Below are positions 1-8,428 of a DNA stretch of 64,000 nt, one piece after another. Origin of the DNA: Calditrichota bacterium (GTDB lineage: Bacteria > Electryoneota > AABM5-125-24 > Hatepunaeales > Hatepunaeaceae); the NCBI GenBank assembly GCA_018644935.1, contig JABGPL010000002.1, positions 20,139 through 84,138 of the forward strand, read 5' to 3'. Positions within the stretch are counted from its first letter, which is position 1; every line of letters begins with the position of its first letter. A program made the translations under genes and the position numbers. The notes below the pieces were generated by a model that ran no database searches, was not told where the DNA came from, and was given only the letters and a program-made list of their open reading frames with translations.

Positions 1-22
1 GACAAACGGTGGACACTATTGT

Positions 23-1945
23 ATGGCAGCTCGAGCTGATGCTGAGGGGAACCGAGTTTGGGATCATCTATATTTTGAGGGATTACTCTTTGCAGTTATC
101 GAACTCAAAGGCGGTAATTTTCTCTGTTGTGGAACTCAGGATCTCGGAGATTCAGATATCGGAATCTTGCTAACTCTTGATGCCGAAGGTGATACCGTCT
201 GCTGTTGGCGCTACGATGACCCGGCCAACTTATATTTTAGGGCACTTATCGAAACAGAAATTGGTGTTGCTGCATTAGGTTATGAATACAGGGAAGATTC
301 ATACATAATGGTCGTAGACGATGAGGGTGAAATCGTCTGGGACAGAGTATTACCCGGAGACGGCAGATACGAGGCACAAACTCCAAATCTTGTACGGTCA
401 TTAGATAGAGGCATAGTTATCAGTAATCGCATATTGCAGGAAGACTTGCTCTACGCTGCTCTCACAAAGCTCAGTATTAATGGTGATTTTATTTGGAGGA
501 GAATGTTTGAATGGAATGAATTAGCCCTGTCCAATTCAAATTTTAAACGCACCGGTCTGGCGAGATTGTATGATGGCGGATTTGTTTTAACCTCTTATCT
601 CTACGAAATTGAAGAGAGACAGTACTTGCCAGTTGCGTTTAGAACTGACGCACAAGGTGAAGAGCAATGGCGTCAGGTATATGATGAAGGAGGAGCATTT
701 TTCGCGGTCGTTACAGACCGGCGTGAACGGATTGTCGCAGCCGGTTACGCGAATATGCCTGATATGGAGGAAAACCGAAAGGGAGGTTGGTTGATTCAGC
801 TTGAGCCTGAACGAACGGCGCCACGGTTCACAAATGTATCACCTCTGGGAAACGATCCTGATCGTCAGGCTGAGGAAAATATATCCAGTCGTCACGAATT
901 TTTAAGGATACTGGTCGAAGATGAAGTCACTTTCATGGTTGATGCATGGGACCCGCGCGACCGAGAGTTAACATACTCCTGGTTTGATGAGAACCAAAAC
1001 CTTCTCGATCAGGATTCGACCGTGGTTGTTGTATTCGACGAATTGGGAGAAAAGCAGGTTAGATGTGTTGTCAGTAATGGTGAAGAGGAAGCTGTCGCCC
1101 TGTGGGATGTAACAGTCCTTGAAATGATAATAACGAGACATACTCCAATAGAGGATGAGCTGTGGATAAACAGGGGATTCTGGGTTGATTTTGAAATCGA
1201 AGCGGAATCATATTCTGACGAATTTGATTTTGAATTTCAGTGGGATGTAAGTTACGATGAAGTTGAAAATCGTGTGATAGGAAATAGTGCGGATCTAAGT
1301 TATAATTTCCCAAGAGCCACCGATTATCAGCTGCGAGGTCGTGCCATCTGGGGTGAATCCTTTGAGGATCACATCTGGTCAGTTCAAGCGAGTTCAACAC
1401 TGTTAGGATTTGAACCCGAGATTATAGAGCTCATTGTTCCTATTGATAGCCTTGTGCGTTTTGAGTTGATTCCTCGCGAGCCAAACTCTCCAAACTTGAC
1501 CTATCAGTTCCTCGTTGATGATGATATTGTTGGTGATTCTTCAGTTGCTGAAATTTCTTTTCAGGAGGCTGGTTTTCATGTTGTCCGCGGTCGATTTTTT
1601 GATGGCATAGAAGCTGACTCCGTTCGATGGGTAATCACCGCGACGATACCGAATGCGGTTGATATTGAAAGCCGGATGCCGAAAGAATTCGGGTTCTCCT
1701 CAGTCCTTCCCAATCCATTTAATGACAGAACAATCATTAATTTCCACATTCCACGAATCACGGAAGCTCGAATCGATATATTGGATGTTAATGGCAGAAT
1801 AATAAAATTGTTGTCAAACCAGAGATATACGGAGGGAGATTTTCAAGTAAAATGGATTGCGGGTGGGATTCCCGGTGGCATCTATTTCTGTCGGTTATCA
1901 ATTGAAAACCAATCCGCGATTACCAAGATTACACATTTGAAATGA
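23..1945 (+). CDS. Secreted protein with T9SS (Por) C-terminal sorting domain; 5' end probably continues upstream of the window
   Basis: 640-aa ORF. Its reading frame stays open back to base 2, so the protein is likely N-terminally truncated by the window. The last ~80 aa (LPNPFNDRTIINFHIP...ILDVNGRIIKLL...GIYFCRL...ITKI) fit the T9SS CTD consensus. Confidence 0.6.
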   Translation: MAARADAEGNRVWDHLYFEGLLFAVIELKGGNFLCCGTQDLGDSDIGILLTLDAEGDTVCCWRYDDPANLYFRALIETEIGVAALGYEYREDSYIMVVDDEGEIVWDRVLPGDGRYEAQTPNLVRSLDRGIVISNRILQEDLLYAALTKLSINGDFIWRRMFEWNELALSNSNFKRTGLARLYDGGFVLTSYLYEIEERQYLPVAFRTDAQGEEQWRQVYDEGGAFFAVVTDRRERIVAAGYANMPDMEENRKGGWLIQLEPERTAPRFTNVSPLGNDPDRQAEENISSRHEFLRILVEDEVTFMVDAWDPRDRELTYSWFDENQNLLDQDSTVVVVFDELGEKQVRCVVSNGEEEAVALWDVTVLEMIITRHTPIEDELWINRGFWVDFEIEAESYSDEFDFEFQWDVSYDEVENRVIGNSADLSYNFPRATDYQLRGRAIWGESFEDHIWSVQASSTLLGFEPEIIELIVPIDSLVRFELIPREPNSPNLTYQFLVDDDIVGDSSVAEISFQEAGFHVVRGRFFDGIEADSVRWVITATIPNAVDIESRMPKEFGFSSVLPNPFNDRTIINFHIPRITEARIDILDVNGRIIKLLSNQRYTEGDFQVKWIAGGIPGGIYFCRLSIENQSAITKITHLK

Positions 1946-1980
1946 GGGTTGAGAAATTCTTGATCCTACACAGAGTAGTA

Positions 1981-2020
1981 GGTGACTGCTGAATACGATG
2001 GATTCTATCAAGCAGTCACC
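1981..2020. terminator. Hairpin (10-bp stem ggtgactgct/agcagtcacc, 20-nt loop) between convergent genes; possible bidirectional terminator
   Basis: Perfect inverted repeat read directly. It lies between the stop of the + strand CDS (1945) and the stop of the - strand CDS (2129). Confidence 0.3.
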
Positions 2021-2128
2021 TGGTCAGGTTGGCCACGATATCTTGATTTAGACTTGTCATTCCCGCGCAGGCGGAAACCCAGAAATAACAATAACCTACT
2101 GAAGAATCTATTCCTGACAAAGTTTCTT

Positions 2129-2497
2129 TCAGTTACATTTACCCCGTATTATCTTCGACTCAAAATACTGCTCCTGGAAATGTGTCAATTTCCGGATTGT
2201 TTCGTTATCGATATTGGTTCCGGACGGTACTACGATCAACTTATCATCGTCATCATCTAATCTACGAATCACGGCGATACATGTACCTTGAAATGAATCA
2301 AGGGGAACTTCTACACCCAGCACATACGCATCTAACTCAGCACCATCACCAGACAGTGTTCCGGGTACGTATCCATAGTTGACTGGATACTCGTCTCCAA
2401 AGCGGGGGTGAAGTGAACCCATTGGGCGATCCATTACGATCTTTACCTGTTTGCCAATGTAGTCTGTGCTGTCAATGGGTGTCATGATTATCACCAC
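2129..2497 (-). CDS. Truncated family-I inorganic pyrophosphatase-like protein (122 aa)
   Basis: YPVNYGYVPGTLSGDGAELDAYVL aligns with the E. coli Ppa segment [23 protein letters not shown]. The downstream acidic stretch RLDDDDDKLIVVP aligns with Ppa MTDEAGEDAKLVAVP. It lacks ~25 N-terminal and ~40 C-terminal residues of canonical PPases, and one Asp of the DxDxxD triad is Ala. Confidence 0.55.
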   Translation of the reverse strand: MVIIMTPIDSTDYIGKQVKIVMDRPMGSLHPRFGDEYPVNYGYVPGTLSGDGAELDAYVLGVEVPLDSFQGTCIAVIRRLDDDDDKLIVVPSGTNIDNETIRKLTHFQEQYFESKIIRGKCN

Positions 2498-2511
2498 ATT
2501 TGAAACATTCG

Positions 2512-3378
2512 TTAAACATTATCTATGGACTCAAAGTATTCACAATAAATAAACTGTTCCTCAACAGTATCGAAAATTGACAACGCCTCCCTGCCGCCTA
2601 AAACGGGTAATTCAGTGTTAATTGAGGCGATGTACCTGTTTGAGAGAGGGAAAAAGTTGCTAACATACATTTTATAAGCCTTTGAAGGAAAGAAATATCT
2701 CCTCCCTTTTAGTGTTTCAATATAGTTGGGACGACCGCTGAAATCGGTCCCGAAGTAATGTGTATTATTCACTTCAGCACAACCAGTGTAGCCTGCTAAT
2801 CGTTTTTTAATTCTCTTCTTAAATCTCAACTCAGTACCATCGACAGTCCACAGGTCTGTGTATTTACTATTATCACCAGTAGAAATTAGAATCTCTGACG
2901 GAGTATATTTATGTATGGAATGTATATGCCGGACGGTCGGAATGTCGTTGTAAAAATCGTTTATTATGCAATCTTTTTCTGTTATAACCGCTATGGTCGC
3001 CGAGTCTTTAACAAGACGATATTCGCCAATTATCAATAGGTTGCCTATCCGAACAAAACTCTCAGTTCTGCATCCCGAAAAATCCTGTGGCAAACCCTGG
3101 ATATAAAATTCATCACCGAAATCTTCTAATAGTATATCTCTTGTGAAAAAGCGTTTTTCAGTGAGAGAGTTGACTTCGTTAACCAAACTTTGGACTAATC
3201 CGGAATCGACAGTTTCTTTAACATCAGATGGTTTAAAGAACAAACTACAGTAGACACCATTAATTAATTCAGCAAATCGTCCCTGACGAATAGTGAGAAA
3301 AAGTGCTTTTACCAACAGCAAGGGGTTTTTGGTTTTTCTGAATTCTGCGATATTTTCAGAAATTGAACTTTTATCCAA
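2512..3378 (-). CDS. Hypothetical protein (288 aa), AT-rich, co-operonic with the PPase-like gene
   Basis: Long ORF, with a 14-bp gap to the downstream PPase-like gene on the same strand. It is markedly more AT-rich than the neighbouring housekeeping genes. No motif recognised by eye. Confidence 0.45.
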   Translation of the reverse strand: MDKSSISENIAEFRKTKNPLLLVKALFLTIRQGRFAELINGVYCSLFFKPSDVKETVDSGLVQSLVNEVNSLTEKRFFTRDILLEDFGDEFYIQGLPQDFSGCRTESFVRIGNLLIIGEYRLVKDSATIAVITEKDCIINDFYNDIPTVRHIHSIHKYTPSEILISTGDNSKYTDLWTVDGTELRFKKRIKKRLAGYTGCAEVNNTHYFGTDFSGRPNYIETLKGRRYFFPSKAYKMYVSNFFPLSNRYIASINTELPVLGGREALSIFDTVEEQFIYCEYFESIDNV

Positions 3379-3423
3379 TTATTACTCCGATAGACAAAGT
3401 ATGCTCATTATTTATACAAAATT

Positions 3424-3939
3424 TCATTGACGTCCCTGTGGTGCGCCTTCAGCATCTAACCACTCGTCATCAGGGCTAATTGGTTCGGGCTGATTTTCTC
3501 CGGTATTTTCTGCGTTTATATCAGCCATAATAAAGTTCTCTGGACGAATAGGCGAACCGAAAAATCTTCTTAGCATTGCCAATTGACCCGCATGGCTCAT
3601 TGCATCGGAAAGTGGCCCTTGAAGCATTCGCTCCGGGGTAAGATTCTCGAATGGAGTGTTACTTTCCAAGAGTTCCCTCAATTTGGTAAGGATTGAGTGA
3701 AATCGATTTACCTCTGCCGGGAAATCTTCCTCAATAATCGGTCTCCACGTGCCTCCTGTCAAGAACGTGCGTGCATAACCCAAAACTCCTGTAATGTGAA
3801 AAATCAATTCATGTGGAGTGCGGACGCCTGGTGCAGCACGGAACTCTGCGAATCCCGGTGGTGCTTCACGAAGAGCCTTCTGAGTACGATAGGCGATTGC
3901 TGCAAGGAAATGCTGGAGCATCAATCTTTTCTTATCCAT
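3424..3939 (-). CDS. DinB/YfiT-like (DinB_2 superfamily) protein
   Basis: 171 aa. The N-terminal LQHFLAAIAYRTQKAL...PHELIFHITGVLGYARTFL pattern, with conserved His positions, is typical of DinB-family four-helix-bundle proteins. Confidence 0.55.
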   Translation of the reverse strand: MDKKRLMLQHFLAAIAYRTQKALREAPPGFAEFRAAPGVRTPHELIFHITGVLGYARTFLTGGTWRPIIEEDFPAEVNRFHSILTKLRELLESNTPFENLTPERMLQGPLSDAMSHAGQLAMLRRFFGSPIRPENFIMADINAENTGENQPEPISPDDEWLDAEGAPQGRQ

Positions 3940-4079
3940 AGAATCTCAAATTTTTACTCGGTTTACAACAAGATAACATTACAAGGATAAATTTGCAAAT
4001 TATGGTTAAACATCCTCCTGACAACAATCCCGCAACTTCTTGATAACAGGGGATGGCGTGTTTTCTTTGTTTTAACCTT

Positions 4080-4177
4080 GGAGTGCTCAAGCCATGCTTG
4101 AGCTTTAAAACTTTCACTTTACTATTCGAGAATAAACTGATCGAAGATTACAGGCTCAAGCATGGCTTGAGCACTCC
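4080..4177. repeat. MITE/REP-like palindromic element, family A
   Basis: 24-bp terminal inverted repeats, GGAGTGCTCAAGCCATGCTTGAGC and its exact reverse complement, flank ~50 bp. Each arm is itself a hairpin (gctcaag / cttgagc). Confidence 0.6.
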
Positions 4178-4185
4178 GAATCAAC

Positions 4186-5022
4186 TTATTTTATCGCTTG
4201 AATCCCTAATGTAATTGTTTCATCAGACGTTTCAAACTTGACCAAATAGTTGCCTGCTGCTAAATTATCTCCATAGATAGGCATGGAGTATCTTCCTTGA
4301 GACTGATAATTATTCACCAGCTTTTCCACCAACCTCCCCGCGGAATTATACATATTTGCCATCACCCAACCCGGTTTGCCGAGAGTGTATGCCAATGTTG
4401 TCGAACTGTTGAACGGATTGGGATAATTCTGTAGAATTCTGAAACTCTGGGGTAAGGCTTTGGTGTTTTCCTCCACCTTCAATGGATCATTGAAACGGAA
4501 TATTTTGAAGGAGCTCTGATCGGCGACGTACACAATGTCATGTTCAACAAAAACACTCTTCATAAATCCGGGCTCATAGGTGTTCCAACCGGGAAAACGA
4601 TAATGTCCGACAATCTCTGGATTTTCCGGATCACTGACATTTATAACTTCCAGTCCGGCATTCCCGACCAAAAAAGCGTGATTATCTTCTACATAAATAT
4701 CCTCAAGGGAGTGTCTAAATTCGAGCGTACCTCTATTCAATGGATTAAGGGAATTTGAAACATCAAAGATATGCAATCCGCTGCTGTTCATAAATTCTGA
4801 CTCGACAACATATAGTGTATTATCTACACATTCAACAGCAACGCCATCTCCCGGAAGGTCAATATTATCAACTTTCTCCAGCTCTGAGATGTTTACGGTT
4901 GCTACTCCCCAGAAACCCGTTGCAACGAAGGCATAATTGCGTTTAACTGCTATATCCAGTGGCTCACCATCAGTCCTGATCCAGGTGTTATTTATCAATT
5001 CTAATGTACTGACACATTTCAT
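4186..5022 (-). CDS. LVIVD-repeat beta-propeller protein with T9SS C-terminal domain; no N-terminal signal peptide, possibly truncated
   Basis: Four LVIVD-like repeats (YAFVATGFWGVATVNISE, NTLYVVESE..GLHIFDVSN, NHAFLVGNAGLEVINVSDPENP, DIVYVADQSSFKIFRFNDP). C-terminal YPNPFNSSTTLAYTL...GNYLVKFET motif. AGGAGT RBS before the ATG, but the N-terminus MKCVSTLELINN is not a signal peptide. Confidence 0.55.
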   Translation of the reverse strand: MKCVSTLELINNTWIRTDGEPLDIAVKRNYAFVATGFWGVATVNISELEKVDNIDLPGDGVAVECVDNTLYVVESEFMNSSGLHIFDVSNSLNPLNRGTLEFRHSLEDIYVEDNHAFLVGNAGLEVINVSDPENPEIVGHYRFPGWNTYEPGFMKSVFVEHDIVYVADQSSFKIFRFNDPLKVEENTKALPQSFRILQNYPNPFNSSTTLAYTLGKPGWVMANMYNSAGRLVEKLVNNYQSQGRYSMPIYGDNLAAGNYLVKFETSDETITLGIQAIK

Positions 5023-5661
5023 TTGTTACTCCTTTCCTAAAAAGTGTTTACACAAGCCAAAAACATCATCACACAATCAAATTTCTTGATATATCACTCT
5101 TGTAATATAGTAAGAGGAGTATAGGAATGCAATTTGTCATGAACTGGACTCACCTATCAATCTGTTTTAGTAGGAAAAATTTGTGTTTATAGCGTTTCTT
5201 ATAAGTAATGCAAATTGTCTGTGTGGCACAGGCTATTTATTGCCCGGGTTTCATTATTTACAAATTTTTCATAAACATGTACATAAAGCATCTCTAAGAT
5301 TTATTCTGTAAAGAAACATGGGCAACAAGTAGCCCATGCCACCCCGATCCAAAACGCATGTCTTTCAAGAAATGCTATATCGATAATATTTAGCTGAATC
5401 CTACTTTTTTGATATTTTGTCTGAGATCAAGGGATATTATTTGATATGAGAGAGTATAAAGAATAACCATACAACCAAAAGATTTGTATTTTTTTGCCAT
5501 CGACATCCCGGTAAGCCATTTAATCTGTTACATTTAACCACGGAATTGCGATAGAATTTGTTTAACTGATATTCATTTGAAGATAGAGAGTAGCAATTTA
5601 ATCTGCAGGGGTTGAAAACCTTCAACCCTGATGATAACTCTCGTTTTGCGAAATCAAGATC

Positions 5662-6714
5662 TTGGAGTATCTTTTGAACCGAATGAGTATCAGTCTGTTA
5701 AGTATTATCCTTTTGCTGTTTTTGGCAGAATCCGGCTACTCCTGGTATAGTAACCCTTATATCGAAAAAGCCAACCTCGATTTTCTCTTAATCCAACCCA
5801 ACAACCGAGCCTTAGGCATGGGAAATGCCTTCGTTGCCCTCGCTGATGATGCCTCTGCGACATGGTGGAATCCGGCGGGATTAGTGAAAACAAAATCTTC
5901 TGAGGTGATGATTTCCCATACCTTCGAAGTGCCGCCGCCCATTGTTGATTGTTTCGACCACAGTTATCTTTTTATTGCACGAACAAAACCGCTCGATGAA
6001 TCTACCGTGATTGCCTTAAGCGGAGTTCAGCATTTATGGGGGCATACAGAAAGACGATGTGAGCTTAATTCTGGTCAGAGCTTTAATCAATGGGATTATT
6101 CCGTGGCTTTTTCCTATGGAGTTAAAATCAATAAACAGTTCGCCACGGGACTTTCCGTAAAATATATAAACAGCCAAAAAGAAAGTGGGGGTGAATTAGC
6201 ACAAATCAAGCATCTCGCTTTAGATGCTGGAATGTTGTATAATACTGATCAATCTTCATCTTTTAAACACTCATTTGGATTGGTAATACGCAATATTGGA
6301 CCAAAATTCAGATATGGTGACAAGGAAGAATTCAAATCATTACCAACCAATCTCAATGTGGGATATGCATTAACCGCCATATCGAGAGTTGGACCTACAA
6401 ATGTTTTGTTTGATATAAATAAACGTCTGAACAAATTACAGATGGATACATTTTTTCGGAACTTCACTTATCATATGGGGATTGAAACATGGTTGGATGA
6501 TGTATTCGGAATTCGCGTTGGACAGTGGTTTGACAATATAGAGAGAGATTCGACTCTCTCACTTGGAGCTTCTCTCCGGATAAAGAAGCTAATTAAAACC
6601 AAAGAAGTTCAAATTGATTTTTCGCGCTATTTTCCCGGAAGGAAGCTAACCGGATACTCCAGTGTAGGCAAGTATGCATTTTCACTTGGCATTAGCCAAT
6701 CTGCGAGTAGTTGA
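5662..6714 (+). CDS. FadL/PorV-like outer-membrane beta-barrel protein (paralog 1 of 5)
   Basis: Signal peptide, then NRALGMGNAFVALADDASATWWNPAGL. This matches the FadL/OmpP1/TodX N-terminal motif ([25 protein letters not shown] in E. coli FadL). Amphipathic beta-strand pattern throughout. The true start is probably MSISLL near 5686. Confidence 0.55.
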   Translation: MEYLLNRMSISLLSIILLLFLAESGYSWYSNPYIEKANLDFLLIQPNNRALGMGNAFVALADDASATWWNPAGLVKTKSSEVMISHTFEVPPPIVDCFDHSYLFIARTKPLDESTVIALSGVQHLWGHTERRCELNSGQSFNQWDYSVAFSYGVKINKQFATGLSVKYINSQKESGGELAQIKHLALDAGMLYNTDQSSSFKHSFGLVIRNIGPKFRYGDKEEFKSLPTNLNVGYALTAISRVGPTNVLFDINKRLNKLQMDTFFRNFTYHMGIETWLDDVFGIRVGQWFDNIERDSTLSLGASLRIKKLIKTKEVQIDFSRYFPGRKLTGYSSVGKYAFSLGISQSASS

Positions 6715-6728
6715 ATTACATTTGATCT

Positions 6729-6968
6729 GGAGTGCTCAAGCCGTGCTTGAGCTTTAAGCGATCAAGCGAACTAATTTTAAAAATATTTGAGAAGTTATTA
6801 ACAAATAGCTCAAGCATGGCTTGAGCACTCCGGTGATTTGATAAATCAGTGTAAAATTCAGAGTACTCAGGCGTGACTTGAACTTTCACCGATCATGTGA
6901 ACTTATTTTCAAAAAGCTCAAGCATGGCTTGAGCACTCCTGTTATTAGATAAACTTGAGCACTCCGAA
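6729..6968. repeat. Cluster of three family-A MITE/REP-like elements plus a terminal fragment
   Basis: Copy 2 at 6729-6831 has intact TIRs (one C->G change). Copy 3 at 6860-6939 has a degenerate left TIR (agagtactcaggcgtgacttgaac) and an intact right TIR. A cttgagcactcc fragment sits at 6954-6965. All lie between convergent genes. Confidence 0.6.
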
Positions 6969-6972
6969 CTGA

Positions 6973-8088
6973 CTACCGATCCAACACCAACCTGAATCCC
7001 ACACAATCGCAACTCCAATCGGGATCGTTCTGGGCTCTTTGAGCGGAGCGATGGTACCTCTCATTCATGTCGTATGCTCCTCCTCGTCTTACGCAATATC
7101 CATTACTTCCTTCGTCTACCCAGGGTGATCCGTCATCGGGAGCATTTTCATAATTCTGATGCCAGCTGTCCTCACACAATTCCCAAACATTACCACTCAT
7201 ATCATATAGTCCCCAGGCATTCGGCAGTTTGGTGCCAACTTCCCTGAATCTTCCCCAGGAACTATATTCAGGAAAGTTAATGTACATGGGATCATCTCCC
7301 CAATAAAACCTTGTGGTTGTCCCGGCACGACAGGCATATTCCCACTCCGCCTCCGATGGAAGGCGATAATTGAGGGCGGTTCGAGTCAGAAATTGAGAAT
7401 GAATCTCGTCCCATGAGAAATTATATGCAGTCTGATTTTCGCCTCGACCATTATACCATCGTCCTTGATTTTCCTCACCTGCAACAGCTTCCCACTGTGA
7501 TTGAGTCACCTCATATTTTCCCATCCAGAAACCACTTTTGAAGGTCACCTCATGACGTGGGCGTTCAAAATCATCACCATCCTCATCAAATCCAGTTCCC
7601 ATTGTAAATGAACCGGGTGGTATCCAGACCATTGTAATATTGACGCCATCAACCAATTCAAATCCAAGGGCTTCGCCAACCTGAAAATCTCTGGTGATAA
7701 AACTGAAAAGTGGAGTTTCTGTCAGGTGATCATGATCATCTCGGGCTACTATCCGCCAGAAATATTGGGTGTTGTGTTCCAGAAAGGGGAGTAAATAAGT
7801 CGTACTGTCCTGATTTTTATTGATTGCGTGGGGAGTATTCAACCCTTCAATGAGAGTCTCGCCAAAATAGACATCATATCTCAACGGATCACCTTCAGGA
7901 TCGGAACACGACCAACTCAGCTTTACATCTATGGTTTGTTCGGTCGATCCATCCATAGGGAATATGGGGGAAGGGACTGATGGTGCTGAGTTTGTGGGTC
8001 TTGTTATGCGATCTTTCTCGCAACCGATGGAGAAGATGATCACAATTGCAATTAGGAAAATATGTTTCATCGTGACTCCAAATATCAT
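6973..8088 (-). CDS. FGE-sulfatase (SUMF1/formylglycine-generating enzyme-like) domain lipoprotein
   Basis: Lipoprotein signal (IFSIGCEK). C-terminal 230 aa carry GFWMGKYEVTQ...YRLPSEAEWEYACRAGTTT..YWG...GLYDMSGNVWELCED...RGGAY...DCVGFRLV, hallmarks of the FGE-sulfatase domain. An N-terminal FN3-like region precedes it. Confidence 0.75.
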   Translation of the reverse strand: MIFGVTMKHIFLIAIVIIFSIGCEKDRITRPTNSAPSVPSPIFPMDGSTEQTIDVKLSWSCSDPEGDPLRYDVYFGETLIEGLNTPHAINKNQDSTTYLLPFLEHNTQYFWRIVARDDHDHLTETPLFSFITRDFQVGEALGFELVDGVNITMVWIPPGSFTMGTGFDEDGDDFERPRHEVTFKSGFWMGKYEVTQSQWEAVAGEENQGRWYNGRGENQTAYNFSWDEIHSQFLTRTALNYRLPSEAEWEYACRAGTTTRFYWGDDPMYINFPEYSSWGRFREVGTKLPNAWGLYDMSGNVWELCEDSWHQNYENAPDDGSPWVDEGSNGYCVRRGGAYDMNERYHRSAQRAQNDPDWSCDCVGFRLVLDR

Positions 8089-8126
8089 CTATAACAATGC
8101 TCGAAAGTATTTTCGTATTATTAACC

Positions 8127-8192
8127 GGAGTAGCGAAGCTTGCTTCGCGCTATAAATGTTATGGAAAGGCGCGAAGCAAGCTTCGCTACTCC
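8127..8192. repeat. Palindromic element, family B (24-bp inverted arms GGAGTAGCGAAGCTTGCTTCGCGC separated by 18 nt)
   Basis: Perfect inverted repeat read directly. The arms share the GGAGT terminus and the internal-hairpin architecture of family A but have a different palindromic core. It sits in a divergent intergenic region. Confidence 0.5.
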
Positions 8193-8428
8193 AGGCACTG
8201 TTATATATACAAAATAGTACTTCTGAAACACAAATGCAAGTTGGACCTGTTTATGTTCTTCAAACATCTCACCCTATTGGAAACAACAGTTTAATTATAT
8301 CAATCGCAAAAAGATAGAACTTCATCTTGACTTAAAGTTAGGCATGTCATATCTTGTTTGCATATCCAAACTTTATTTGAACGGTAAACAATTTGTAAAA
8401 ATAATACACATTTCAAGGAGGTAGAGAA

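Noticed and set aside
1071-1400. 109-aa minus-strand ORF and other short ORFs nested in the first CDS
   Set aside because: They are embedded antisense in a 640-aa ORF that has a clear T9SS CTD, so they have no independent support.
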